This document shows positions 47,522 to 57,236 of a stretch of 64,000 nucleotides of DNA, in pieces. The position numbers and the translations under genes were made by a program. Source of the stretch: an uncultured Eubacteriales bacterium (lineage in GTDB: Bacteria; Bacillota; Clostridia; Oscillospirales; Acutalibacteraceae); contig OMYD01000001.1 of the NCBI GenBank assembly GCA_900315195.1, forward strand, positions 2,338 through 66,337, given 5' to 3'. The notes under the pieces were generated by a model. It saw only the letters and a list, made by a program, of their open reading frames with translations, did no database searches and was not told where the DNA came from. Positions within the stretch are counted from its first letter, which is position 1, and the number at the start of each line of letters is the position of its first letter.

Positions 47522-47760
47522 CAAGGAGCAATATCATGCGCTGTTACAACTGTATGAAAGAATTAAAAACAGAATCAAAGTATTGCCCCTACTGCGGCAA
47601 AGAATCAAGTGCGTCTAATCCGCTGCATCAGCTCGCGGCAGGCACCATGCTCAACGGCAAATACCTTATAGGCAACGCAATCGGAGAGGGCGGCTTCGGC
47701 ATTACCTACGTCGGATTTGACACAACGCTCGAAATTAAGGTTGCCGTAAATAATTACTGA
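47522..47760 (+). pseudogene. truncated duplicate of the kinase 2 5' end (229-bp repeat, copy 2)
   Basis: ORF 47536-47760 nearly identical to kinase 2 up to IKVAV, then diverges and stops. Confidence 0.88.
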
Positions 47761-47961
47761 TACAGCAAATCAAAGAAGCCGCAAGCGAAAAATTTACACC
47801 TGCGGCGATGTGTGGCGAAAACTTTTCGCAAATGAAACGTCAAACCGCTTTGAATTCATTATTTCGGCAGTCAGACCGTATCATGAATCAGAAAACTATT
47901 TCATCGCATCAAGCATATTTATAGAAGAGACCGTGAAGTTATACCGCAAAGCGAGGTTCAA

Positions 47962-48618
47962 ATGAAATACGGAGAAAGCACATTTGATATAATATATTTG
48001 TTGTTCGCCCTGACGTCAGGCATTGTCATTCTTCTTAGAAGGCGAGATTCCGCAGGACGGCTGATGGGTTTTTCCGCCCTTATTCTTGGCGCGGGCGACG
48101 CGTTTCATCTTGTTCCGAGAGTAATGAATTACTATATTGACTATGATTTTTCGTTTTGGCTCGGAACGGGAAAGCTGATAACATCTGTAACAATGACAGT
48201 TTTTTATGTGCTGCTTTATCTTTTGCATTGCCGTATTTATAATTCAAAAAACGGCAGCGCAATCGGAATTGCAGTTTTTTTGTCAGCCGTTATCAGAATC
48301 GCGCTTTGCCTTTTTCCGCAAAACGGCTGGTTTACAAACTCAAATTCGCTGTTCTGGGCAATTGCGCGCAATATTCCTTTCGCGGCGCTGGGGTTGCTTA
48401 TTGTTTTGCTTTATTGGCAGACTCGCCGCAAAATCCGCGAATTGAGCCGGATATGGCTTTATGTAACTCTTTCGTTTTTATTCTACATACCTGTCGCGAC
48501 AGGAGCGGGCGCTGTTCCTTTGCTAGGAATGCTTATGCTTCCAAAAACCGTTTGTTACATGCTGCTTATTGCCGCGTTTTTGCGAACAGTTATTAATTAT
48601 TCAAAAAAAGAGACATAA
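47962..48618 (+). CDS. conserved hypothetical integral membrane protein
   Basis: about 7 TM; GDAFHLVPR, LGTGKLITS, RNIPF, LMLPKT. Confidence 0.75.
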   Translation: MKYGESTFDIIYLLFALTSGIVILLRRRDSAGRLMGFSALILGAGDAFHLVPRVMNYYIDYDFSFWLGTGKLITSVTMTVFYVLLYLLHCRIYNSKNGSAIGIAVFLSAVIRIALCLFPQNGWFTNSNSLFWAIARNIPFAALGLLIVLLYWQTRRKIRELSRIWLYVTLSFLFYIPVATGAGAVPLLGMLMLPKTVCYMLLIAAFLRTVINYSKKET

Positions 48619-48747
48619 ACACTATTTGCGGACATGAAATTTTATTTATAATTCTTTTTTGATATATTGTGGAAAGTTGTTTAAAGGACCGCAAGATATG
48701 TCAAAAAAGTGTATAAAAAATTTTTTAATATTAGTGTTAGATAACAA

Positions 48748-48777
48748 TTGACAGAATACGACAAAATACGCTATAAT
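48748..48777 (+). promoter_or_regulatory. sigma-A promoter
   Basis: TTGACA-18 nt-TATAAT. Confidence 0.7.
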
Positions 48778-48822
48778 ATATCGGTAGACTTATATAATGA
48801 AGAAAAAGGGGATTGAACTCAT

Positions 48823-50238
48823 ATGAAAAGGAGCAGAATGGCTCTGGCAATTCTTCTGAGCGTTGTCGTTGTTGTGATAGGCGTTTCCGTTGTAAGTTTT
48901 GCCGCTGCCAACCGCAGCGATTCGGAATCAGGAGCCTCTGATGATGTTGCCTTGTCCGCCTCTATCTCAAAGGACAGACCTCATTCAATGATGGCTAACG
49001 GCATAACGAATTTAAAAGCCTCTAAAATTGAAGCCGATAAAATCACCCTTACCTGGGATTCAGCGGATGACGCTACAGGCTATTATGTTTACTCGCGCGA
49101 TATTGACAAGGTCGGTGAATACGCGCTGGCAGCTAAGGTTAAAAAGGCAACGGCAGCAATAGATAAGCTTACCCCTTCTACCCGTTATCAGCTAAGAGTT
49201 ACAGCTTACACCCAGAAAGACGGGGTTATTTATGAGTGCCCCGCTTCTGAAATTGAAGTAATAACAAAAACCGGAGAGGTTTCCAACCTTCAGCCCGAGC
49301 GTTCCTCGGATGTTCTTAAATTCAGTTGGACTAAAGCCGATAAGGCTACAGGCTACGATATCCACCGCGCCTGCAAGGCAAACGGCAATAAGTTTGAGTT
49401 TTACAAGTCCGTAAACAGCACAACAACAGAGTTTGAAGATAAGGACATTAAGGAAGGAGAGCTTTATACATATAGAATTATTCCTTTCCGTACCGTCAAT
49501 AACGTTAAGTACTATTCCGAAGAGGGCAAAACGATTGACCTTTTAAGCGGTCTCAGCGCTCCCGCCGACTTAATGGCGATAAGCAGCAACACCCGCGTAA
49601 CCCTTTACTGGAAATCAAAGAAGATCGCCTCAGGCTATAACATTTACATGGCTGAGGACAAAAACGGCAAATATGAGCTTCTCGGACACACCGACGAAAC
49701 CTCTTATTCCACCGATAAGCTTAAAGCGGGCGAAACATATTATTTCCGTGTTCAGCCGTATAAGAAGTTAGATAAAAAGACCGTAAACGGAACCTGGAGC
49801 TCACTGAGCATCAAGGCGGCAAAGGAATCGGGTGAAACCCACAGCACACATAAAAGCTCGGTTGCAGGCTCAGGCACATACGTTGAAGTCAGCATTGCCC
49901 AGCAGCACCTTTGGTTCTATGAAAAAGGCAAGCTCACCCTTGAAACCGATGTTGTAACAGGCAACAAAGACGGCGAGTGCGATACTCCTACAGGCAAATT
50001 TACCATGACATCGCGCGCGCTTGACACCACACTGACAGGCCCGGGATACTCCTCATTCGTTAATTACTGGATGGGCTTCTACGGAGGCTGCGGTATCCAC
50101 GACGCAAGCTGGCGCTCAAGCTTCGGCGGCGATATTTATAAAGGCAACGGCTCTCACGGCTGTGTAAATACCCCATATGAAAAGGTAAAATACATCTACG
50201 AACACACCGATTACGGCACACCTGTTTATGTTTACTAA
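48823..50238 (+). CDS. L,D-transpeptidase with fibronectin type III repeats
   Basis: signal peptide, three FN3-like repeats, VVTG, TPTG, GIHDASWR, SHGCVN. Confidence 0.9.
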   Translation: MKRSRMALAILLSVVVVVIGVSVVSFAAANRSDSESGASDDVALSASISKDRPHSMMANGITNLKASKIEADKITLTWDSADDATGYYVYSRDIDKVGEYALAAKVKKATAAIDKLTPSTRYQLRVTAYTQKDGVIYECPASEIEVITKTGEVSNLQPERSSDVLKFSWTKADKATGYDIHRACKANGNKFEFYKSVNSTTTEFEDKDIKEGELYTYRIIPFRTVNNVKYYSEEGKTIDLLSGLSAPADLMAISSNTRVTLYWKSKKIASGYNIYMAEDKNGKYELLGHTDETSYSTDKLKAGETYYFRVQPYKKLDKKTVNGTWSSLSIKAAKESGETHSTHKSSVAGSGTYVEVSIAQQHLWFYEKGKLTLETDVVTGNKDGECDTPTGKFTMTSRALDTTLTGPGYSSFVNYWMGFYGGCGIHDASWRSSFGGDIYKGNGSHGCVNTPYEKVKYIYEHTDYGTPVYVY

Positions 50239-50252
50239 TTCATAAGATTAAT

Positions 50253-50282
50253 AAGGACGCGTTTTATTGGCGCGTCCTTTTC
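50253..50282 (+). terminator. intrinsic terminator
   Basis: AAGGACGCGTT...GGCGCGTCCTTTTT. Confidence 0.75.
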
Positions 50283-50324
50283 TGCTGAAATTAAATGGCG
50301 TTTGCGCTAAAAAGGAGTGGAAAT

Positions 50325-52016
50325 ATGCTGTTTAAACGATTCACCGCCCTTATACTGTCATCTATACTTGCGGCAGCGGCAATACCCGCGGCTGCCGCGC
50401 AGTCATATAGCTGCAATCAGGCTGCGGCTGCCGTTACGCCAAATACAGTGATTGGCGACTGCAACTTCGATGGCAAGCTTGATATTCTTGATGTCACCGC
50501 CCTTCAGCTATTTATTGCAAAAGAAGAAATACCGTCCGGCGAGGAGCAATTGCGGATACTGGATGCTGACGCAAACGGCGTAATTTCAATTCAGGACGCC
50601 ACCGAGCTTCAGCGTTATCTCAGCGAAATGCCTGCCTCTGAAAGCATTGGCAAGCCATACGCGGAAATATATCCGAGTATTGAGCCGACCACCGAGACGA
50701 CCGCTGAACCGACCGTTAAGCCGGCCGTGGAACCAACCGTGGAACCGATCGCTGAACCGACCTATCTGAAGTTAGATACCATCACTCTGAAGCTGGGTGA
50801 CACGGAAAATTACCGGCTTACAATCGATACCGACGCGGAACTTTCCTCGCTCAGCTTTTCATCCGACTTTCCAAAAATAGCAAAGGTCACAAAAGACGGT
50901 TTAATTACAGCCGAAAAGCAAGGTACGGCAACCATAACATGCTCGTGCGGCGAACTCAGCGAAAGCTGTGTTGTCACGGTCTGTCCGTCAGCCACTTCCC
51001 TGACGCTGAATCAGACTGAAATAACGCTCGGAGTCGGCGAAACTTATGATTTGAACAGCTACGTCAACGCGGGCGCCGCGGCATACTTCCGCTACTACTC
51101 CTCCGAGAACAAAAAGGTTGCCTCCGTAGCCACCGCCGGCGGACTTGTCACCGCGCTGACTGTGGGTACAGCAAACATTAAATGCACACTTCTCAACGGC
51201 GTCAGCGCTGTTTGCCGAGTAACGGTTCTGCCGATGGCAAAATCACTGACACTGAATAAAACAAGTGTAACGCTTGCGCTCGGCGACACTATTGATTTCA
51301 ACAGTTACGTTCCTAAAGGCACTGCCGCTTACTTCCGTAACTATTACAGCGAAGATCCTTCAATTGTATCTATCACTGTAGCCGGCGGAATAGCAAAGGG
51401 CGAAAAAGAAGGAAAAACCCGTATTTACTGCACAATTAACGGCGGTGTGCGCGTGTATGCCACTGTTACTGTCATGAACAGCCTGCGCAGCATTATGGTA
51501 AATCATCTGCGCGACCAGGTGGGCAACGGCAACGGCCCTTATGTAACTTATTTTAATTCCCATTCCAAGCTGAGAGTTTCAAAATCTTTTGCGTGGTGCG
51601 CGGTATTTGCCTGGTGCTCGCTTGACCAATTTGCGTCCGAAACGGGCAAAAACAATCCCATAGCGGCAAAAAAGCACGTCAGTGAAATTGTAGTGCAGGC
51701 AAAGGCGATGGGAGCGCTGCACAACCGGCTTGACAATAACTACACGCCAAAACCGGGCGATTTATTCACAACCTCGGCGCTAAAGCGCCCCGGCAGCGGC
51801 GGAAGGCTTCATATCGGCTATGTGGAATCTGTAGAAACCGATTCCAAAGGAAAGGTCACCAAGGTGCATACCATCGAGGGAAACTATGGATGGGAAGTAA
51901 AGGGACCGCTTGCGACCCGCGTATCACGAGGCGAATGGGTTCCGGGCGTGAAGAAATCATATGGAGCCATGCTTTGCGAATACATAGACTTGGAACAGCT
52001 CTTTAAAGACAAATGA
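50325..52016 (+). CDS. secreted dockerin + Ig-like (Big_2) x3 + CHAP domain protein
   Basis: GDCNFDGKLDILDVT/DADANGVISIQDAT dockerin; PT linker; Big_2 repeats; AWCAVFA, PKPGD, HIGYV, TIEGN. Confidence 0.85.
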   Translation: MLFKRFTALILSSILAAAAIPAAAAQSYSCNQAAAAVTPNTVIGDCNFDGKLDILDVTALQLFIAKEEIPSGEEQLRILDADANGVISIQDATELQRYLSEMPASESIGKPYAEIYPSIEPTTETTAEPTVKPAVEPTVEPIAEPTYLKLDTITLKLGDTENYRLTIDTDAELSSLSFSSDFPKIAKVTKDGLITAEKQGTATITCSCGELSESCVVTVCPSATSLTLNQTEITLGVGETYDLNSYVNAGAAAYFRYYSSENKKVASVATAGGLVTALTVGTANIKCTLLNGVSAVCRVTVLPMAKSLTLNKTSVTLALGDTIDFNSYVPKGTAAYFRNYYSEDPSIVSITVAGGIAKGEKEGKTRIYCTINGGVRVYATVTVMNSLRSIMVNHLRDQVGNGNGPYVTYFNSHSKLRVSKSFAWCAVFAWCSLDQFASETGKNNPIAAKKHVSEIVVQAKAMGALHNRLDNNYTPKPGDLFTTSALKRPGSGGRLHIGYVESVETDSKGKVTKVHTIEGNYGWEVKGPLATRVSRGEWVPGVKKSYGAMLCEYIDLEQLFKDK

Positions 52017-52051
52017 TATCTTTTATCCGACACAAAATACAATATAAACAC

Positions 52052-52090
52052 AAAAACTCCGCCTGCCATAAGACAGACGGAGTGTTTTTT
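52052..52090. terminator. bidirectional terminator
   Basis: AAAAACTCCGCCTG...CAGACGGAGTGTTTTTT between convergent genes. Confidence 0.7.
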
Positions 52091-52199
52091 GTAAATTATC
52101 CAATTTCAGACCCGCCGTTGTGACGGGACTTCCGATAAAGCCGAGCTATACAAAGGCGGCGTTGGATGCAGCGTCACGCTGCCGTCACGTTGCCGTTGC

Positions 52200-54827
52200 T
52201 TATTTATCGTTAACAGCAGCCTGAGCAGCAGCCAGTCTTGCGATCGGCACACGGAAGGGTGAGCATGATACATAGTCAAGACCGATCTTATGGCAGAACT
52301 CTACAGATGAGGGATCGCCGCCGTGCTCGCCGCAGATACCAACGTGGAGGTTGGGGTTAACGGGCTTGCCGAGCTTAAGAGCCATCTCCATGAGCTTGCC
52401 AACGCCTGTCTGGTCGAGCTTAGCGAAGGGATCGTTCTCGAAGATCTTTGTATCATAGTAAGCGTTCAGGAACTTGCCTGCGTCGTCACGGCTGAAGCCG
52501 AAGGTCATCTGAGTAAGGTCGTTAGTACCGAAGCAGAAGAAGTCAGCCTCTGTAGCGATCTCGTCAGCTGTAAGAGCAGCTCTGGGGATCTCGATCATGG
52601 TACCAACCTCATACTTGAGGTCAACGCCTGCAGCAGCGATCTCAGCGTCAGCTGTCTCAACAACAACCTTCTTAACGAACTTGAGCTCTTTGATTTCGCA
52701 AACCAGCGGAATCATGATTTCGGGTTTAACGTTCCAGTCAGCGTGCTCTTTCTGAACCTCGATAGCAGCGCGGATAACAGCCTTTGTCTGCATCTTTGCG
52801 ATCTCGGGATATGTTACGGCAAGACGGCAGCCGCGGTGACCCATCATGGGGTTGAACTCGTGGAGGGAAGCGATAAGAGCCTTGATGTCCTCTACGCTCT
52901 TGCCCTGTGCGTCAGCCAGCTTCTGAATGTCCTCTTCCTCGGTGGGAACGAACTCGTGGAGCGGCGGGTCAAGGAAACGGATGGTAACGGGGCATCCCTC
53001 GAGAGCCTCGTAAAGAGCCTTGAAGTCGCCCTGCTGATAAGGCAGGATCTTCTCGAGAGCAGCTTCTCTCTCTTCAACTGTATCCGCGCAGATCATCTCA
53101 CGGAACGCGGCGATTCTGTCCTCTTCAAAGAACATATGCTCGGTACGGCAAAGACCGATACCCTCAGCGCCCAGCTCTCTTGCCTTCTTAGCGTCAGCGG
53201 GTGTATCAGCGTTTGTTCTGACTTTAAGCTTTCTGAACTTGTCGGCCCAAGCCATGATTCTGCCGAACTCGCCGGCGATTTCAGCGTCCTTGGTAGCGAT
53301 AGCGCCGTCGTAGATGTTACCGGTTGAACCGTCAATTGAGAGGTAGTCGCCCTCGTGGAACTCTTTGCCTGCGAGTGTGAACTTCTTGTTCTCCTCGTCC
53401 ATAGCGATGTCGCCGCAGCCTGATACACAGCAGGTACCCATACCACGGGCAACAACGGCAGCGTGAGAGGTCATACCGCCGCGAACGGTCAGAATACCCT
53501 GAGAAGCCTTCATACCTGTGATGTCCTCGGGAGAGGTCTCAAGACGAACGAGAACAACCTTCTCGCCTCTTGCGTTCCAAGCCTCAGCGTCCTCGGCTGT
53601 GAACACGATCTTACCGCAGGCAGCACCGGGAGAAGCGCCGAGACCCTTGCCGATAGGAGTAGCAGCTTTAAGAGCAGCTGTATCGAACTGGGGATGGAGC
53701 AGTGTGTCGAGGTTTCTGGGATCGATCATCGCAACAGCCTCTTCCTCTGTTCTCATGCCCTCGTCAACGAGGTCACAAGCGATCTTCAGAGCAGCCTGAG
53801 CGGTTCTCTTACCGTTTCTTGTCTGGAGCATGTAAAGCTTGCCGTGCTCAACGGTGAACTCCATGTCCTGCATATCTCTATAGTGATTTTCGAGGGTAGC
53901 GCAAACGTCCTTGAACTGCGCGAACGCCTCGGGGAATTTCTCAGCCATCTGAGCAATAGGCATAGGAGTACGAACGCCTGCAACAACGTCCTCGCCCTGT
54001 GCGTTTGTAAGGAACTCACCCATCAGCTTCTTCTCGCCTGTAGCGGGGTCACGTGTGAACGCAACGCCTGTACCGCAGTCGTCGCCCATGTTACCGAATG
54101 CCATTGACTGTACGTTAACGGCAGTACCCCATGAATAGGGGATATCGTTGTCGCGGCGATATACGTTTGCACGGGGGTTGTCCCATGAACGGAATACAGC
54201 CATAACAGCGCCCATCAGCTGCTCCTTGGGATCGTCGGGGAAGTCAGCGCCGATTTTAGCCTTGTATTCGGCCTTAAACTGGGTAGCCAGCTCTTTAAGA
54301 TCGTCAGCGTCAAGCTCTACGTCCTGAGTAACGCCCTTCTTCTCTTTCATCTGGTCGATAAGCTCTTCAAAGTACTTCTTACCAACTTCCATAACTACGT
54401 CGGAATACATCTGGATGAATCTTCTGTAGCAGTCCCAAGCCCAACGGGGGTTGCCGCTCATCTCAGCGATGGTGTTGACAACAGTCTCGTTAAGACCGAG
54501 GTTGAGGATTGTATCCATCATACCGGGCATAGAAGCTCTTGCGCCTGAACGAACCGATACGAGCAGGGGGTTCTCTTTATCGCCGAACTTTTTGCCGGTG
54601 ATTTCTTCCATCTTTACGATGTACTCGTTGATCTGACCCTGAATCTCGTCGTTGATCTTTCTGCCGTCCTCATAGTACTGAGTACAAGCTTCTGTTGTAA
54701 TTGTGAAACCCTGGGGTACGGGAAGTCCCATGCTGGTCATTTCAGCAAGGTTAGCGCCCTTACCGCCGAGGAGTTCACGCATGTTTGCGTTACCTTCTGA
54801 GAAAAGGTAAACCCATTTTCTTGCCAT
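52200..54827 (-). CDS. ppdK: pyruvate, phosphate dikinase
   Basis: LLGGKGANLAEM, GGMTSHAAVVAR, GLCRTEHMF, GICGEHGGDP. Confidence 0.98.
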   Translation of the reverse strand: MARKWVYLFSEGNANMRELLGGKGANLAEMTSMGLPVPQGFTITTEACTQYYEDGRKINDEIQGQINEYIVKMEEITGKKFGDKENPLLVSVRSGARASMPGMMDTILNLGLNETVVNTIAEMSGNPRWAWDCYRRFIQMYSDVVMEVGKKYFEELIDQMKEKKGVTQDVELDADDLKELATQFKAEYKAKIGADFPDDPKEQLMGAVMAVFRSWDNPRANVYRRDNDIPYSWGTAVNVQSMAFGNMGDDCGTGVAFTRDPATGEKKLMGEFLTNAQGEDVVAGVRTPMPIAQMAEKFPEAFAQFKDVCATLENHYRDMQDMEFTVEHGKLYMLQTRNGKRTAQAALKIACDLVDEGMRTEEEAVAMIDPRNLDTLLHPQFDTAALKAATPIGKGLGASPGAACGKIVFTAEDAEAWNARGEKVVLVRLETSPEDITGMKASQGILTVRGGMTSHAAVVARGMGTCCVSGCGDIAMDEENKKFTLAGKEFHEGDYLSIDGSTGNIYDGAIATKDAEIAGEFGRIMAWADKFRKLKVRTNADTPADAKKARELGAEGIGLCRTEHMFFEEDRIAAFREMICADTVEEREAALEKILPYQQGDFKALYEALEGCPVTIRFLDPPLHEFVPTEEEDIQKLADAQGKSVEDIKALIASLHEFNPMMGHRGCRLAVTYPEIAKMQTKAVIRAAIEVQKEHADWNVKPEIMIPLVCEIKELKFVKKVVVETADAEIAAAGVDLKYEVGTMIEIPRAALTADEIATEADFFCFGTNDLTQMTFGFSRDDAGKFLNAYYDTKIFENDPFAKLDQTGVGKLMEMALKLGKPVNPNLHVGICGEHGGDPSSVEFCHKIGLDYVSCSPFRVPIARLAAAQAAVNDK

Positions 54828-55148
54828 AGTGGTAGTCCTCCTATAATAAGTTTTGTAGTGGCTGTGGCTGACCGTTATAGCCCGCCGACATATCTAAGCC
54901 TAAGAAATATTATACCAAAGAATGACGAAAATAGCTACATGTTTTTGGAATTTTTTTCAAAATTTTTCTTATAAAAAACACATGTAAATTTTATTAATAT
55001 TGTATAAAACGTTTAATTTGCGATTAAAAGGCGATTTTTTGAAAAATTAACTTGAATTTTCTTTTTTTTATGCGATAATATGAATGGGTATAAAAAGCCC
55101 TATTTATCTCATTTTTACTTTATTTTTTTGAAAATTGCGAGGAATAAC

Positions 55149-55898
55149 ATGAGTAATTGTGCAATTATTCTGGCAGGCGGCGAGGGCAAACGAATGAAAT
55201 CCGACAAGCCCAAGCCTATGTCTTTAGTACTTGGCAAGCCCATGCTCAGATGGGTTATTTCCGCCCTGAAGCAGTCGGGAATAGACGACATCTGCGTTGT
55301 AAAGGGCTACCACAAGGAATATATCGAGGAGTATCTCGATACCCTTGATTTCCCCGTTGAGAGCGTGTACCAGAAGGAGCGCCTCGGCACGGGTCACGCC
55401 GTTATGATGGCGAAGGACTTTTTGAAAAAACACAGCGGCAACGTGGTTATCCTTAACGGCGACGCGCCGTTTATGACAAGCGTTACAATAAAGAATTCGC
55501 TTAATCAGCACACAAGCGCGGGCTTTGCCGCGACGGTTATCTCGGCAAAGCTTGATGACGCGACGGGTTACGGTAGAATTGTCCGCGACGAAAACGGCAA
55601 CCTCAAGGCGATTGTTGAGCATAAGGACGCCGACGAGGAAACCCTGAAAATCAACGAGGTCAACTCGGGCGGCTACTGGTTTGACTGTCAGCTGCTTTTA
55701 GGCGTACTTGACAAGATCAAATCCGACAACGCCGCGGGCGAGTATTATCTTCCCGACGCGATTGAGCTTTTGCTCAGCGAGGGCAAAACCGTAGGCGCAT
55801 ATACCGCCGAATGCAGCGACGCGGTGCTTGGGGCAAACGACCCACAGCAGCTTGAGGAGCTTAACCAAATCGCCAAAGCAAAGGGGTACAATTGTTAA
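55149..55898 (+). CDS. glmU: GlmU-like UDP-GlcNAc pyrophosphorylase, N-terminal domain only
   Basis: ILAGGEGKRMKS..PK, RLGTGHAV, GYGRIVR, EYYLPD; 249 aa, no hexapeptide acetyltransferase domain; canonical position before prs. Confidence 0.8.
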   Translation: MSNCAIILAGGEGKRMKSDKPKPMSLVLGKPMLRWVISALKQSGIDDICVVKGYHKEYIEEYLDTLDFPVESVYQKERLGTGHAVMMAKDFLKKHSGNVVILNGDAPFMTSVTIKNSLNQHTSAGFAATVISAKLDDATGYGRIVRDENGNLKAIVEHKDADEETLKINEVNSGGYWFDCQLLLGVLDKIKSDNAAGEYYLPDAIELLLSEGKTVGAYTAECSDAVLGANDPQQLEELNQIAKAKGYNC

Positions 55899-55954
55899 TT
55901 GCATTATAAATAAATTTATATAAGCTACAGAGAAACAGGAAAAGGAGAACAACA

Positions 55955-56914
55955 ATGAACTTTCACGGAAAAGACATCAAAATCTTCTCGGGCAACTCTA
56001 ATGTTGACGTAGCGCAGGGAATCGCCGGCTGTCTGGGCACACCGCTCGGCAAAAGCGACTGCACTCATTTTTCAGACGGCGAAATCGCCGTTTCATTGCA
56101 TGAGTCGGTTCGCGGCAGCGACTGCTTTATCGTTCAGTCAACCTGCACACCCGTCAACGACAACCTGATGGAAATGCTCATCATGATTGACGCCATGAAG
56201 CGCGCTTCCGCAGCAAGAATTACCGCCGTTATGCCCTACTTCGGCTATGCCCGTCAGGACAGAAAGGCAAAAGCGAGAGATCCGATTTCGGCAAAGCTGT
56301 GCGCGGACATCATCACAACCGCGGGCGCTGACCGTGTATTGACAATGGATTTGCACGCAAACCAGATCCAGGGCTTTTTCAATATTCCCGTTGACCACCT
56401 GCACGGCGCGGGCATTCTCGCTAACCACATGAAAGAAAAAATCGGCGGCAACTTTGACGATTTCATTGTTGTATCCCCCGACCTCGGCTCTGTAACCCGC
56501 TCAAGAAACTTCGCTTCAAAAATCGGCACAGGTCTTGCCATTATCGACAAACGCAGGCCCAAGGCAAACGTTTGCGAGGTTATGAATATCATCGGCGACG
56601 CCAAGGGCAAGAAGGTTATCCTTGTTGACGATATGATCGACACCGCCGGCACACTTTGCAACGCGGCTAACGCCATTGTTGAAAAGGGCGGCGCTACCGA
56701 GGTTTACGCCTGCGCGACCCACGCTGTATTGTCAGGCCCCGCTGTTGAGAGAATCAAAAACAGCGCTATCAAGGAGGTTATCCTTCTTGACACAATTCCC
56801 GTTCCCGAGGAGAAGATGATCGACAAGTTCACCATCCTCCCCACCGCTCCCGTTTTTGCGGAAGCTATCGCTAGAATTTACAACGACAAGCCTTTTACTG
56901 CTGCATTCAGCTGA
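55955..56914 (+). CDS. prs: ribose-phosphate pyrophosphokinase
   Basis: FSDGEI, PYFGYARQDRK, DLHANQIQGFF, VDDMIDTAGT. Confidence 0.97.
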   Translation: MNFHGKDIKIFSGNSNVDVAQGIAGCLGTPLGKSDCTHFSDGEIAVSLHESVRGSDCFIVQSTCTPVNDNLMEMLIMIDAMKRASAARITAVMPYFGYARQDRKAKARDPISAKLCADIITTAGADRVLTMDLHANQIQGFFNIPVDHLHGAGILANHMKEKIGGNFDDFIVVSPDLGSVTRSRNFASKIGTGLAIIDKRRPKANVCEVMNIIGDAKGKKVILVDDMIDTAGTLCNAANAIVEKGGATEVYACATHAVLSGPAVERIKNSAIKEVILLDTIPVPEEKMIDKFTILPTAPVFAEAIARIYNDKPFTAAFS

Positions 56915-57019
56915 TTTGACAGGTTTTTCGGTTGATTTTATTTATAATTGAAGAAGCGTTACAGGCGGACTTTTGCAAAGTCCGCCTTTGCGGCTATTAC
57001 AATGATTTGCAAAACAAAT

Positions 57020-57223
57020 CAATTCGCGGCGCTGCCAATTCATTGCGAAACAAATTCATGTTGCCGAGCAACAATTCATTCCTGTAAAAAGCTTTTTGTA
57101 ATAACAAAGGCTTTTGTTGCGCAAAACGTTAGAGCATGAATGAATTGACCTTGCGGTCATGAATTATTTCTGCGAAATATGAATTGAAGCTTACGCTTCA
57201 TGAATTGCGCCAAAGGCGCATTT
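57020..57223. repeat. inverted array of AATTCAT/ATGAATT heptamers separated by short hairpins
   Basis: left arm: AATTCGC then three AATTCAT; right arm: four ATGAATT each followed by a different mini-hairpin. Confidence 0.8.
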
Positions 57224-57236
57224 AGAAAGGAAAACT

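Noticed and set aside
45803-47750. DGR or invertible shufflon
   Set aside because: Direct repeats at gene 5' ends with mixed substitutions; no reverse transcriptase or recombinase nearby.
47761-47961. gene remnant after the kinase stub
   Set aside because: Partly open frame, but no start or recognisable motif, so it cannot be supported.
52323-54107. long + strand ORFs (334 aa, 214 aa) opposite ppdK
   Set aside because: Antisense shadows of a strongly codon-biased gene; no RBS or recognisable motifs. The same applies to shadow ORFs over the aro, capsid, terminase and mfd genes.
56948-57139. 63-aa ORF between prs and pth
   Set aside because: Runs through a hairpin and the repeat array; no RBS.
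57020-57223. CRISPR array
   Set aside because: The constant unit is only 7-8 bp, spacers are 10-14 bp self-complementary hairpins, the arms are inverted, and no cas genes are present.
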